Origin: Eledone cirrhosa
Taxonomy: Eukaryota
Assembly: GCA_964016885.1 (NCBI GenBank)
Contig: OZ024753.1
Location: forward strand, 14,260,001 to 14,324,000
Direction: 5' to 3'
DNA: 64,000 nt
Below are positions 1 through 12,630 of the stretch, piece after piece (the first letter of the stretch is position 1; each line of letters starts with the position of its first letter). A program made the position numbers and the translations under genes. The notes beneath the pieces are model-generated. The model was given only the letters and a program-made list of their open reading frames with translations. It did no database searches and had not been told where the DNA came from.

Positions 1-120
1 ACTCGGCTTCCTTCCAATTTTTATTTTCTTTCTGTCATTCTTTCTTTATTTATTCTTTCCTTCCTTCAGTCCTCCTTTCCTTCCATCACTCATTTATTTA
101 CTTATTTATTTATTTTGCAG

Positions 121-180
121 GAAGCTGAAAAGTTCCAGTTTTGTGACATCCTTGCCAATATCTTCAGCAGTATTTTAAAA
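121..180 (+). CDS. NCDN: Neurochondrin homologue, first exon visible in window (EAEKFQFCDILANIFSSILK); upstream exons lie outside the window
   Basis: Pyrimidine tract + ttgcag acceptor ending 120; gttagt donor at 181; 60 nt, phase 0-0; resembles the KFELC segment of neurochondrin. Confidence 0.8.
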
Positions 181-204
181 GTTAGTCTTGGTATTTTCTT
201 CCTT

Positions 205-770
205 TTTTGTATTTCATGGAACAAATTAACAGCGATGGTGTATGTTCTGAAAGTGCAGTAGCCAGAGTAAGAACGGGATGGAAGAAGTTGAGGGAGCTAC
301 TACCACTGCTGGCTACAAAAGGCTTTTCCCTCAGAATGAGAGGCAGGCTGTATGATGTGTGCATATGTACAGCAATATTGCATGGTAGTGAGACCTGGGC
401 GCTGTGTGCAGAAGACTTGCGTAGATTGGAAAGGAATGAAGCTTGCTTGGATGTGTAATAGTAATGTATGAGAATGGTGAAGCATTAAATGAACTGAGAG
501 AGAAACTAGGCATAAGAGGAATCAAATGCTGTGTACAGGAGAGGAGATTGCGTTGGCATGGACATGTGATGCATATGAAAGATGAAAGATGACAGCTGAA
601 TAAAAAAGTGCAGAATGCTCAAAGTCGATGGAAGCCTTGGAGTGGGGAGACCTGGGATGAGGTGATAAAAGCTGACCTTGCCCAATTGCACCTCTTAAAG
701 GCGATGACACAGGATGGAGATCTCTGGCAAAACCTTGCCCAGGCTTGTGCCTCAGAGGGAAACTTTCTAG
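205..770 (+). mobile_element. RTE-clade LINE 3' fragment (degenerate)
   Basis: 'ARVRTGWKKLRELLPLL...LYDVC....ILHGSETW' and 'RLRWHGHV' motifs, with stops. Confidence 0.85.
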
Positions 771-1319
771 GTGGAAAACCATGGTCATTTGTAACCGAGT
801 GGGGCCTCAAAGATACAGGTATATATAGATATATGCATGTGTGTGTGTGTCTCACTTTCTCTCACAACATGTCTTCACATTGGCATTGCTGTTCGTTTAT
901 GTCCCTCATAAACAATACGTTATGCAGCTGGACTTGAAGATATACCCATCTACTAAACTCAGTCACAAGGCATTGGTCAGCTGGAGGTTGTAGGAGAAGA
1001 CACTTGCCTAAGGTGCCAAACAGCATGACCGAACACGGAACTTCACGGTTTAGAGGTGAACTTCTAAACCACACATCCAGAACTGTGTCTGTCTTATGAT
1101 GGTGTCACACCTGTTTTGTATATCTGTATGAAACGAGGGTAACACTCAAGGTATTCACCAGGTGTAATTCCGAACTACCAACGAGAGACTACGAGACTCT
1201 GTACACACAGTTTACCTGACAGTTCACTTCAGTTCTTATAGACTTTTGGCCTAGTCCACTTTTAGTTATGCACGGATATTCAGGGTTTTTTTCCCCCCAC
1301 AACACTCTATATATTATAT

Positions 1320-1666
1320 ATCATCATCATCATCATCATCATCATTTTACGTCCGCTTTTCCCTGCTTGCAAGGGTGGGACGGGAACTGATTCTGGCTTG
1401 ATTTCTACAGCTGGATGCCCTTCCTAACACCAACCTCATTTACAGTGAGTGCTGGGTGCTTTTTTCCGTGGCGCCTACACGTCCACTTTACAGTGGAATG
1501 ATATGGACCCCAGTCCCTATCATCTCATTTCTACAGCTGAGTAAACTGGAGCAATGTAAAATAAAGTGTCTTGCTCAAGGAAACAACACATCACTCGGTC
1601 TGAGAATTGAACTCACAACCTTTCGATTGCAAGCCCAATGCTCTAACTACTAAGCCATGTGCCTCC
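1320..1666 (-). mobile_element. tRNA-headed SINE with CORE-like body and RTE-type (GAT)n tail; other copies at 13441-13706, 17088-17472, 23608-23995, 29914-30252 (+) and partial copies at 21320-21700, 33145-33420, 42487-43232
   Basis: A box (tggcttagtggt), B-box-like (gagttcaattc), body ccttgagcaagacacttt...cagctgtagaaatgag; near-identical dispersed copies. Confidence 0.85.
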
Positions 1667-1847
1667 CATATCTCTGTTATAATTTAAGAAACTACTTGAA
1701 ATTGTGAAATTAGTTCACAGATACTTTGTACTCTTCTTGTAGAATCCAGGCTGGGACAACTTTATGAAGTTTACCAACAGCTGTTGTAAATTTAATGAAA
1801 ATCTATAAAAGGATGTTAATAGTATTGTTGTTGTTGTTATTGTTTAG

Positions 1848-1926
1848 GAGAACATCCCAAAAGGTAACTTTAGTTGGCAGAAAAACATACCAAAAGGAAT
1901 AATGGACTTGATTAAATCACGTCTAG
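1848..1926 (+). CDS. NCDN: NCDN exon 2 (ENIPKGNFSWQKNIPKGIMDLIKSRL)
   Basis: ttgtttag acceptor, gtttgt donor, phase 0-1; matches the 'GL..IL.SKL' segment and joins in frame to the next exon. Confidence 0.8.
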
Positions 1927-2035
1927 GTTTGTAAACCATTTCTCATTTAATTCTTGCACCCACTACACTCTGCATTGTAGTAATGTTGATGCCAGTATAT
2001 AATGCACCTTATTTGGATCATCAGCTCATTTAAAT

Positions 2036-2074
2036 CAAGCTGATGATCCGAATATGGTGAAACATTTGTTCTTG
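2036..2074 (+). ncRNA. Minimal type I hammerhead ribozyme motif
   Basis: caag-CTGATGA-tcc gaatat ggt-GAAAC attt GTT-cttg. Confidence 0.6.
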
Positions 2075-2367
2075 GTATGGTGAACTAACTGTTGTGGAAC
2101 TACTTATCATCATCATCATCTTCGTTTAACGTCCATTTTCCACGCTAGCATGGGTTATACTTATATATATTTATATATATATATATATATTGTAATAATA
2201 ATATTTATAGTTATATATGTTTTATATACAATTATAAATATGCAGGGTAGTACTTAGCACTAGCCAGTTACCGGTAGGAGAAAAGGCTCAATGCAAATTA
2301 TCAAATGTATTACAGAGCCGAGATATAAAATATTAAAACAATCAAATCTTAGTTTAATACATTTAAT

Positions 2368-2414
2368 TGCTGACAATTGTTTCTTCCAGACGGATGTCTG
2401 TATCCATCAGAGCA
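2368..2414 (-). ncRNA. Degenerate hammerhead motif 3' of the Penelope ORF
   Basis: tgct-CTGATGGA-tacagac atcc gtctggaa-GAAAC aatt GTC-agca; non-canonical core. Confidence 0.5.
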
Positions 2415-2889
2415 TATAGAATGTTTAAACAGATAATTAAAATCCTAGTCTTCAGAACATTTAGATAGATACATAACTATTGTCAGTGTCAGTGACATCA
2501 TATAGAAAATCAGGAGTTATAAAAAGATGTTATGCCACAGAAAACATTATAAGGAGCAATGGTGAAAAGTGAAATATTAAGCATATTATGTATAAAAAGA
2601 TATTGCTTAAGGTAATACATGTGCAAAAGATGTAAGATAAGAAAGATAAAAGATTTCATAGCATTGGAAATCAGGTAATGTTAAGGGTATATAATGCAAA
2701 AGTTAATAAAATTAATAAAGGCATGCATGAGGTAAGAGTTATATAATAAATGAAACAAGCATATTTCATATAGAATGTAAAAGCATGTTACAAGTGTTAG
2801 AAATGTTTATGGTAGAGAGATATGTGGTGATAAAATGGATAGATGTTATGTAAAATGTAATGCAAAAAACATGATTAGATAGGTAATTT

Positions 2890-4131
2890 TCATTCAAGAA
2901 TTTTTATATTGGAGTTTGTATATAAATGTATATGTTGGGTGTAACATAAATGTATTAACCATGGAATTTTCTTAGTTTTAGATGTAATGTTTTTGTGATG
3001 TGTACAGTTTAAAAATGTGTTTGGTAAACATTTGTTAGGTGGTTTATATGAAGGGGCCTTAGCTATCACTCCCCATTCTAAGGTATTACTTGATTTTAAT
3101 GAGTGTATGTATGTGGATAGTGAAGTTACATTACTAAGTGTAGGGTTTTTAAACGAATGAAGTTGCGAGTTATATCTAGTCTTAAAACTATTCGATGTTG
3201 AACCTATATAAACTTTAGAAATTTGATTAGCAGTGACAGTACAGGAGTAGATGATGTCTTTAATAAGGCAGTTGTTACTTAATGGGCATGTTCTATTAGG
3301 TCTACAATTACAATTGTTTTGGTAACTAGTATACTGGTTAAGGAGGTATGAAGTTGAGCGGTTATTACTGTTTATACTTCTAGTATTAAGATTATGGTAA
3401 GTATTATTATTGGTATTATTACTATTACTTGCAGTATAATCCTGTACTGAGTTATTATTAAGGTTATTTCTATGTTGGACATTATTAACTTGGTGTAATC
3501 TGAAGTACTTATTAATCTTCCTCTTGTTACTGCTGGCTATATGGTCTGCGATGTTAGGTGTGGTGGAGTAAGAGATTTTAGTGGTATTTTTGTTAAATAG
3601 GTTATGGTATTTATGGTTAATTGGGAAGTTTTTATCTAAAATAGAGAAGAAAGCTTTAGGTATGTTGGTGGAGACATTTAAGTTGAAAGGAGGATTAAAA
3701 AAATGTGTTACTTCTTCTATTCTTTTTATGATTGTTATATGATTGTTTTGTGTGGTGTTAGGTACCTTATTATTTATATTTTTGTTTTTAACATAATTTT
3801 TCTTTCTGTGGTTTTTCTTAGGATTATTGTTGTGGTGTGAGTTAACTTTTTTGATACCCTTGGTATTGGAGTCGGGATTTTCAATACTATGATTATATTT
3901 AATTTTATTCATGGTCATGTTATGTGAAATTATATTAGATTGTTTATGAATAGATGACGTTTTAGGTTTAAATTTAATTTTATCTCTATGGCCCAAATGA
4001 GCTAAGGCTTCATTATAGTATTGGGAGTTACGGTTAAACATATTCTCATTGTAAGAAAGATTAGAGATTCTATTAGATACCCTTTAATGATTGAGCTCAA
4101 TACAGATTTGGGGTGGTTAGATAAGGTGTAT

Positions 4132-4135
<4 letters not shown>
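2890..4135 (-). mobile_element. Penelope-like element remnant (Naiad-like): RT thumb end + GIY-YIG endonuclease
   Basis: 383-aa ORF with CNC-x4-CPL-x3-C and IIYSC...YIGST...FKTRY; 'SNHP' thumb motif upstream across a frameshift. Confidence 0.85.
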
Positions 4136-4179
<44 letters not shown>

Positions 4180-4247
4180 TCATCCAGATGCTAAACTCCA
4201 CCAGTTACAGACTGCACATCAACATGAGATATTTTTCTCCACAAAGT

Positions 4248-4628
4248 TTGATCACCAACAACAGAGTTTAAAGAGCAAAGATCAAGTCCAGTCCATAAGT
4301 TGACATTATCAAGCCATCATTTTGGCTGCCAGCCTCTGCTTCTCTTACTAGCCAACCTTCCTTCCAGGAATATATAATACCTTTTGATCAACAACAGCAG
4401 AGATTCAAGAGCAAAGATCAAGTCCAGTCCATAGGCTGACATTATCAAGCCATCGTTTTGGATGCCAGCCTCTGCTTCTCTTACTAGCCAACCTTCCTTC
4501 CAGGAATATATAATACCTTTTGATCAACAACAGCAGAGATTCAAGAGCAAAGATCAAGTCCATTCCATAGGCTGACATTATCAAGCCATCGTTTTGGATG
4601 CCAGCCTCTGCTTCTCTTACTAGCCAAC
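4248..4628. repeat. About 135-bp tandem repeat, ~3 copies
   Basis: tttgatca(a/c)caaca...agagcaaagatcaagtcc recurs at ~4248, 4384, 4519. Confidence 0.9.
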
Positions 4629-4750
4629 TGTCATTCTAGGCATTACTCACACCACAAGTTGATCTTTTGATATGACCGTATAGTTTAAGCACTCTTGACT
4701 AAGTCTCACTAAGTTATTGAATGATTTATTGAGTAATTCTAAACTTTCAG

Positions 4751-4920
4751 AACAGAAAGAAAGAGAATCTGTGTTGATGTTGATTGCTGAAATTGTTGAG
4801 AGTTTGGGACCAGAATTTTTACTGCCCCCAAATCTTGCAGATGCCAAACCATTTCTTTTAGCCATTAACTTGAATTCAGTCGAAGTTGGAATGATCATCC
4901 CATATTCACCTTTAGGACAG
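4751..4920 (+). CDS. NCDN: NCDN exon 3 (EQKERESVLMLIAEIVESLGPEF...SPLGQ)
   Basis: tttcag acceptor, cag|gtaaga donor, phase 1-0; lies in ORF 4717..4932. Confidence 0.88.
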
Positions 4921-5380
4921 GTAAGATATTGATATTTGTTAACTGTTTAACTACATTTAGCAATGGTTTACCATTTTTTAGATAACGGAAGTAGATTTGG
5001 CAGCCTCCCTCTACTACCTTTTGAGGCAAGCGTTACATGGGCATCACATGACACCTGTATGGCGAGCTGCCAGCGGTGACAAGAATAGCCCAACTATTCC
5101 AAACACCTCGAACGTAACAGGCTGGAAAAAATAGTTTGTTGATAATTCCTAGTATTTTAAAATTTCATTCCATTCGACTACGGAAGTAGTGACCCTCACA
5201 TTTACCTCAGCATCCAAGGTGAGGGTAGGAGATTTAATTTTAGCAACTGCCGAAGGTTAAATTTTTAGATGACATTCCACTGTGGCGTAAGATTTTACTT
5301 GCTTCCATTTTCATCATTATTCTTTAATATCTGATTTTACTCCAAGCAGCCTCCCTCTACTACCATAGGTTAATCAAAGC

Positions 5381-5582
5381 TACGAGGGTCGGCTGAAAAC
5401 TTCATAGGCTGAGCAAGATACTCTCATGGAATGACCAAATGAGGTTTATTTTTCAATATAATCCCTGGAAAGAAACAATGCAGCTATTAATAAGAAGAGT
5501 TGAAATTAATGTATGCAGGATTTCACAGCACTAATATCACTCCTTCATAGTCAGCCTATGAACTTTTCAGTTGACCCTTGTA
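5381..5582. mobile_element. Tc1/mariner-type MITE; second copy at 56134-56359
   Basis: TA flanks; ~30-bp imperfect TIRs cgagggtcggctgaaaacttcataggctga / tcagcctatgaacttttcagttgacccttg. Confidence 0.8.
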
Positions 5583-6108
5583 CTGTCCTCCAACAGCAGG
5601 ACTGAGGTAGGGGAGCCTACCTCAGTCCTGCTGTTGGTATTGTTTCTATAGCTGAATATTCTTCTTATCACCAAGAATTTTACAGAATGTACTGGGTACA
5701 TTTTATTTTGACACCAACACTAGGGAGGTTGTCATCTCGGTGGGAGGAGGCTGCTGTAGAGGATGTCCAAGAAAGACCTGAGCAGAGGTTGTGAGAGCCT
5801 GATTTCAATTTGCTAAGACTGGCAGAGGAATTCACGAAGGAACGTGACAAGTAGAGAAATGCCATACTGAGAAGGACACGTCCAACCCATGCAAGCATGG
5901 AAAAACATGGAAAAACGATGATGATGATGATGTGAGGGACCACTTGGTTTTTTGTTTAGATTGTTTTTCAAGAGACTAATTCTTTGGAATGGTAAAAAAA
6001 GCAGTAGATGCCCTTCCTAATGCCAACCACTTTAGAAACTGTAAAAATGGTTTTCAGATCACTTTGAAAATGAAGAATTTGAAGAGATTTAGTAATATCA
6101 TTTTCTCA

Positions 6109-6322
6109 TTAACCCTTTAGCATTTAAACCGGCCATATCTGGCCAGAATTTGCTCACCTCTTTCTGTTCAAACTGGCCGTAACCAGCAGCTCACACTTAT
6201 GTTAAGGTATTGTTCTCAAAATACATAACATCAAAATCAGATTCAATATTATCTGAAATAAAGTGTTTTTACCATGAAAATACAATAGTAAATGTTGAGT
6301 AATGTAAATGCTAAAGGGTTAA
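6109..6322 (+). mobile_element. piggyBac-like MITE (TTAA-CCCTTT...AAAGGG-TTAA); copies at 7364-7579, 16603-16823, 27960-28247, 35265-35828, 39167-39365, 39992-40192
   Basis: TTAA TSD, ccctttagcattta TIRs, shared ~200-bp interior. Confidence 0.85.
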
Positions 6323-7601
6323 GTTGGTGTTTAGCTTATAACTTAATGAATGTTTTTACATAAAATTATGATGGAAGATTTTTAGATGAATATAAACACT
6401 TTATAATATACATCTTTGTATCATAAAACCAGAGGTGGTTTCAAGTGGTTTGGTATCAAAAAGATATGGTGTTTGGGACATAACTTAACAAAAAGATCTT
6501 ACATGAAATTATAATGGAAGTTATAGTGCTGATTATTTAATAAAATACTCCCAGTACACTCTGTAAAGTGGTAGAGCTTATGTCATGATAAACTGTATAC
6601 ATTATTGTCTCTAAAGTGGCTGGCATTAGGAAGGGCATTATTGGAGAAACCATGTCAGAATGGAACATATGAACAAGATGTGGTGCCCTGATCTCTCTAG
6701 TCATGGACTATAGAGGATCTGGTGAACCCACGCCAGTATGGAAAGCAGACATACAATGATGGTTTCAGAGATTTTGGTATGAAAATGTTTAACCTGTAGC
6801 AAGGCGGTCATCAGAGAAACATAAAGGTGTATAAGGAATCAGGTGTTTTGATTGAAAACAAAAGTAGGAATTTATTAAGTCATGTGACAAGCATGTCTAA
6901 TGCAGAAAAGGTGACAAAGGTGTATGTGAGCAGGTCAGTGAGAAATAATGTCCAAGTCCATAAGTGTTGTAAATATTAGCTTTTAGTTACTCACATTGAA
7001 GAAGTAAAGTCCTTGCTTCGTATATAAGAATAATGTCCTGAGTTGCTAATGGCAATAGGAGAAGGACTGGACAGGCTTTGGCGGGATGGAAAAACTAGCT
7101 GCAACTGAACTGTACGTTTTAAATATTCGTGCTAATCACACTTGATTTGAAGTGATGTCACCGAGCCCTTGCACATGTATTCACTACAAACCCTTTCGTA
7201 TTTACACTACTCTCTATATTTACTATTATATTTTTGCAATAAAGGCTTTACCTCACATAATATCGAATTTATGAAATTTGATATAAGTGTTTAGATTTAT
7301 CTAAAAATCTTCCATCATAATTTTATGTAAAAACTTTCATTAAGTTATAAGCTAAACACCAACTTAACCCTTTAACACTTACATTACTCAATATTTACTG
7401 TTGTATTTTCATGGTAAACACTTTATTTCACATAATTATCACACATATCAAATCTGTAAGATCTTTATATTATGTATTTTGAGAACAATACCTTAACATC
7501 AGTATGAGCAGCCTGTTTGGACAGAAAGAGGTGAGAGAATTCTGGCCAGATATGGCTGGTTTGAATGCTAAAGGGTTAATATATATTAACTACCATTGTA
7601 G

Positions 7602-7796
7602 GTTCGTGAGAAATCCAGTCAGTTGTCAGCCTATTTCAGTCTTATAGAGAACACTATCAAGTTTTTGGTAAGCAGTGAAGAAGGGCCTCCATTTGATCCC
7701 AACCAAATTATTCAACTATATTCAATCCTTACAGAGACACTCAAGTGTGTCATTTTATTTCTACAAGAGATAAATAAATCATTGCAGTCTTTCCAG
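7602..7796 (+). CDS. NCDN: NCDN exon 4 (VREKSSQLSAYFSLIE...LQSFQ)
   Basis: attgtag acceptor, cag|gtatgt donor, 195 nt, phase 0-0. Confidence 0.88.
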
Positions 7797-10700
7797 GTAT
7801 GTATTTAATGCGTGTGTATGTATTTATGTATATAACATATGTGTGTGTGTGAATATATGTACATGTGTGTGTATATATGCAGTCTTTCCAGGTATGTATA
7901 TAATGCGTGTGTATGTATTTATGTATATAACGTGTGTGTGTGTGTGTGAATATATGTACATGTGTGTGTATATATGCAGTCTTTCCAGGTATGTATATAA
8001 TGCGTGTGTATGTATTTATGTATATAACGTGTGTGTGTGTGTGTGAATATATGTACGTGTGTGTATATATGCAGTCTTTCCAGGTATGTATATAATGCGT
8101 GTGTATGTATTTATGTATATAACGTGTGTGTGTGAATATATGTACGTGTGTGTATATATGCAGTCTTTCCATGTATGTATATAATGCGTGTGTATGTATT
8201 TATGTATATAACATATATGTGTGTGTGTATATATGCAGTCTTTCCAGGTATGTATATAATTGTGTGTGTATGTATTTATGTATATAACGTGTGCGTGTGT
8301 GTGTGAATATATGTACATGTGTGTATATATGCAGTCTTTCCAGGTATGTATATAATGCATGTGTATGTATTTATGTATATAATGTGTGTGTGTGTGAATA
8401 TATGTACATGTGTGTATATATGCAGTCTTTCCAGGTATATATATAATTGTGTGTGTATGTATTTATGTATATAACGTGTGTGTGTAAATATATGTACATG
8501 TGTGTATATATGCAGTCTTTCCAGGTATGTATATAATGCGTGTGTATGTATTTATGTATGTATTTATGTATATAACGTGTGTGTGAATATATGTATGTGT
8601 GTATATATATATATGCAATCTTTCCAGGTATGTATATAATGCGTGTGTATGTATATATGTATATAACGTGTGTGTATGAATATATGTACGTGTGTGTATA
8701 TATGCAGTCTTTCCAGGTATGTATATAATGCGTGTGTATGTATTTATGTATATAACATGTGTGTGCGAATATATGTATGTGTGTATATATGCAGTCTTTC
8801 CAGGTGTGTATATAATGTGTGTGTATGTATTTATGTATATAACGTGTGTGTGTGAATATATGTACGTGTGTGTATATATGCAGTCTTTCCAGGTATGTAT
8901 ATAATGCATGTGTATGTATTTATGTATATAACGTGTGTGTGTGAATATATGTATGTGTGTATATATGCAGTCTTTCCAGGTATGTATATAATGTGTGTGA
9001 ATGTATTTATGTATATAACGTGTGTGTGTGAATATATGTACGTGTGTGTATATATGCAGTCTTTCCAGGTATGTATATAATGCGTGTGTATGTATTTATG
9101 TATATAATGTGTGTGTGAATATATGTATGTGTGTGTATATATGCAGTCTTTCCAGGTATGTATATAATGCGTGTGTATGTATTTATGTATGTATTTATGT
9201 ATATAACATATGTTTGTGTGTGAATATATCTACATGTGTGTATATATGCAGTCTTTCCAGGTATGTATATAATGCGTGTGTATGTATTTATGTATATAAC
9301 GTGTGTGTGTGAATATATGTACGTGTGTGTATATATACAGTCTTTCCAGGTATGTATATAATGCGTGTGTATGTATTTATGTATGTATTTATGTATATAA
9401 CATATGTTTGTGTGTGAATATATGTACATGTGTGTATACATGCAGTCTTTACAGGTATGTATATGATTGTGTGTGTATGTATTTATGTATATAACATATG
9501 TGTGTGTGTGAATATATGTACATGTGTGTGTATATATGCAGTCTTTCCAGGTATGTATATAATGCATGTGTATGTATTTATGTATATAACGTGTGTGTGT
9601 CAATATATGTACATGTGTGTGTATATATGCAGTCTTTCCAGGTATGTATATGATGCATGTGTATGTATTTATGTATGTATTTATATATATAATGTGTGGT
9701 GTGTGAATATATGTACATGTGTGTATATATATGCAGTCTTTCCAGGTATGTATATAATGCGTGTGTATGTATTTATGTATATAACGTGTGTGTGTGAATA
9801 TATGTATGTGTGTGTATATATGCAGTCTTTCCAGGTATGTATATAATGCGTGTGTATGTATTTATGTATATAACATATGTGTGTGAATATATGTACATGT
9901 GTGTATATATATGCAGTCTTTCCAGGTATGTATATAATGCGTGTGTATGTATTTATGTATATAACGTGTGTGTGTGAATATATGTATGTGTGTATATATG
10001 CAGTCTTTCCAGGTATGTATATAATGCGTGTGTATGTATTTATGTATGTATTTATGTATATAATGTGTGTGTGTGAATATATGTATGTGTGTGTATATAT
10101 GCAGTCTTTCCAAGTATGTATATAATGCGTGTGTATGTATTTATGTATATAACGTGTGTGAATATATGTACGTGTGTGTATATATGCAGTCTTTCCAGGT
10201 ATGTATATAATGCGTGTGTATGTATTTATGTATATAACATGTGTGTGCGAATATATGTATGTGTGTATATATGCAGTCTTTCCAGGTGTGTATATAATGT
10301 GTGTGTATGTATTTATGTATATAACGTGTGTGTGTGAATATATGTACGTGTGTGTATATATGCAGTCTTTCCAGGTATGTATATAATGCATGTGTATGTA
10401 TTTATGTATATAACGTGTGTGTGTGAATATATGTATGTGTATATATGCAGTCTTTCCAGGTATGTATATAATGTGTGTGAATGTATTTATGTATATAACG
10501 TGTGTGTGTGAATATATGTACGTGTGTGTATATATGCAGTCTTTCCAGGTATGTATATAATTGTGTGTGTGTATTTATGTATATAACGTGTGTGTGTGAA
10601 TATATGTACGTGTGTGTATATATGCAGTCTTTCCAGGTATGTATATAATTGTGTGTGTGTATTTATGTATGTATTTATGTATATAACGTATGTTTGTGTG

Positions 10701-11150
10701 TGAATATATGTACATGTGTGTATATATGCAGTCTTTCCAGGTATGTATATAATTGTGTGTGTGTATTTATGTATATAACGTGTGTGTGTGAATATATGTA
10801 CGTGTGTGTATATATGCAGTCTTTCCAGGTATGTATATAATTGTGTGTGTGTATTTATGTATGTATTTATGTATATAACATATGTTTGTGTGTGAATATA
10901 TGTACGTGTGTGTATATATGCAGTCTTTCCAGGTATGTATATAATTGTGTGTGTGTATTTATGTATATAACGTGTGTGTGTGAATATATGTACGTGTGTG
11001 TATATATGCAGTCTTTCCAGGTATGTATATAAATGTGTGTGTGTATTTATGTATATAACATGTGTGTGTGTGAATATATGTACGTGTGTGTATATATGCA
11101 GTCTTTCCAGGTATGTATATAATTGTGTGTGTGTATTTATGTATATGTCT
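7783..11150 (+). repeat. ~85-100-bp minisatellite beginning in NCDN exon 4 (unit contains tgcagtctttccag|gtatgt)
   Basis: About 37 copies read directly; explains the HTYI/VCVY ORFs. Confidence 0.95.
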
Positions 11151-11564
11151 GTTAGTGTGTAGGTGAATGTATGTATTTTTGTACATGTGTGTGTGTGTAT
11201 ATGCCATCTAACCAGGACCAGAATGTAAATAAGAATTTATGTATATAATGTGTGTGTGAGCTGCTACTTCGAATAAATTGGTGTGGGGTAGAGAAGTCCC
11301 CCAAGTCCAGTAAGACAACTTTCTTAGTCCTGGTGGCATGAATAAAAGCACCCGGTCCATGCTGTAAAATGGAGGGGTAGAGAGGTCCTCTGAGTCCAGT
11401 AAGACGACCTCTCTGGTGCTGGTGGCACGAATAAAAGCACCCAGTCCATGCTGTAAAGTGGTGCTGGTGTTAGGAAGGGCATCTAACCAGTATATATACC
11501 ACTGCCAAAAACTATGAGCACAATGAGAATTGCAACAACTGCGTAAACAGCAACAACACTAACC

Positions 11565-12630
11565 ATGCTGTCAGTAAAGTGAGAGTAGGAATGGAGTTTA
11601 ATGAAGAATTCCAGATACAAGTAGGAGTACATCAGGGTTCGGTCCTCAGCCCGCTCTTGTTCATTATAGTCCTCCAAGCCATAACAGAGGAGTTTAAGAC
11701 TGGCTGTCCATGGGAACTTCTCTATGCTGACAATCTGGTTCTTATAGCAGAATCAGTAGAGGAGCTAGAGAATAAATTCTGGCTATGGAAACAGCAGTTG
11801 GAAGCAAGAGCACTGAGAGTGAACCTAGCTAAGACAAAAGTGTTGATGAGTAGAAAAGAGGACAAAACTCTGATTCCATCAGGGAAATGGCCATGTTCGA
11901 TATGAAGAAAAGGAACTGGTATAAATTCTATAAAATGTACGCAATGCAGATCTTGGGTACACGAGATGTAGTGGGATAGCAGGCAAACTAATAGGTAGGG
12001 AGAAATACGTATGGAGTAGATGTACAGGGAAATTAGACAGTAGTAATCGCAGTGATAGACACATTTTTCAAATGCAGGAGGGTTCTATAGAAGTGGTTGA
12101 TAGCTTCTGGTTCCTAGGTGATCAGATTAGCGTAGGAGGGGGGGGGGGGGGTATTCCGAGGCCATAGTATCTGGAATAAGGACAGGTTGGAAGAAGTTTA
12201 AGGAACTGCTTCCTCTGTTGACAAAAAAGGGTTTCCCCCTGCGTATGAAAGGCCTGCGATGGCTGGAGAGAAATGAAGCAAGCATGCTCCGTTGGATGTG
12301 CAATGTCAATGTGCGTGAACGACCAAGCATAGATGAGTTGAGAAAGAAACTGGGTATAAGAGGGATAAGTTGTAGTGTGCGGGAGAGAAGACTGCGATGG
12401 TATGGACATGTGATGCGCATTGAGGATGACTGCTGGGTAAAGAAATCCCAGTAGAACGAAGACGCAGTAGAGGAAGGCCACGAAAAACATGGGTGAGAAC
12501 AGACCTCAGATCACTGAAGCTCACGGTGGAGATGATGAAGGACCGTGACAAGTGGAGAGATGCTGTGCTGAATAGGACCCGTCCCACCCTTGCAAGCAGG
12601 GAAAAGCGGACGTAAAATGATGATGATGAT
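11565..12630 (+). mobile_element. 5'-truncated RTE LINE (RT 3' half to tail)
   Basis: GVHQGSVLSPLLF, LYADNL, GKWPC; (GAT)n tail; nearly identical to part of 18570-20390. Confidence 0.9.

Noticed and set aside
1743-1808. Acceptor-like site giving NPGWDNFMKF...
   Set aside because: Stops in all frames and no good donor; the exon at 1848 fits homology and phase.
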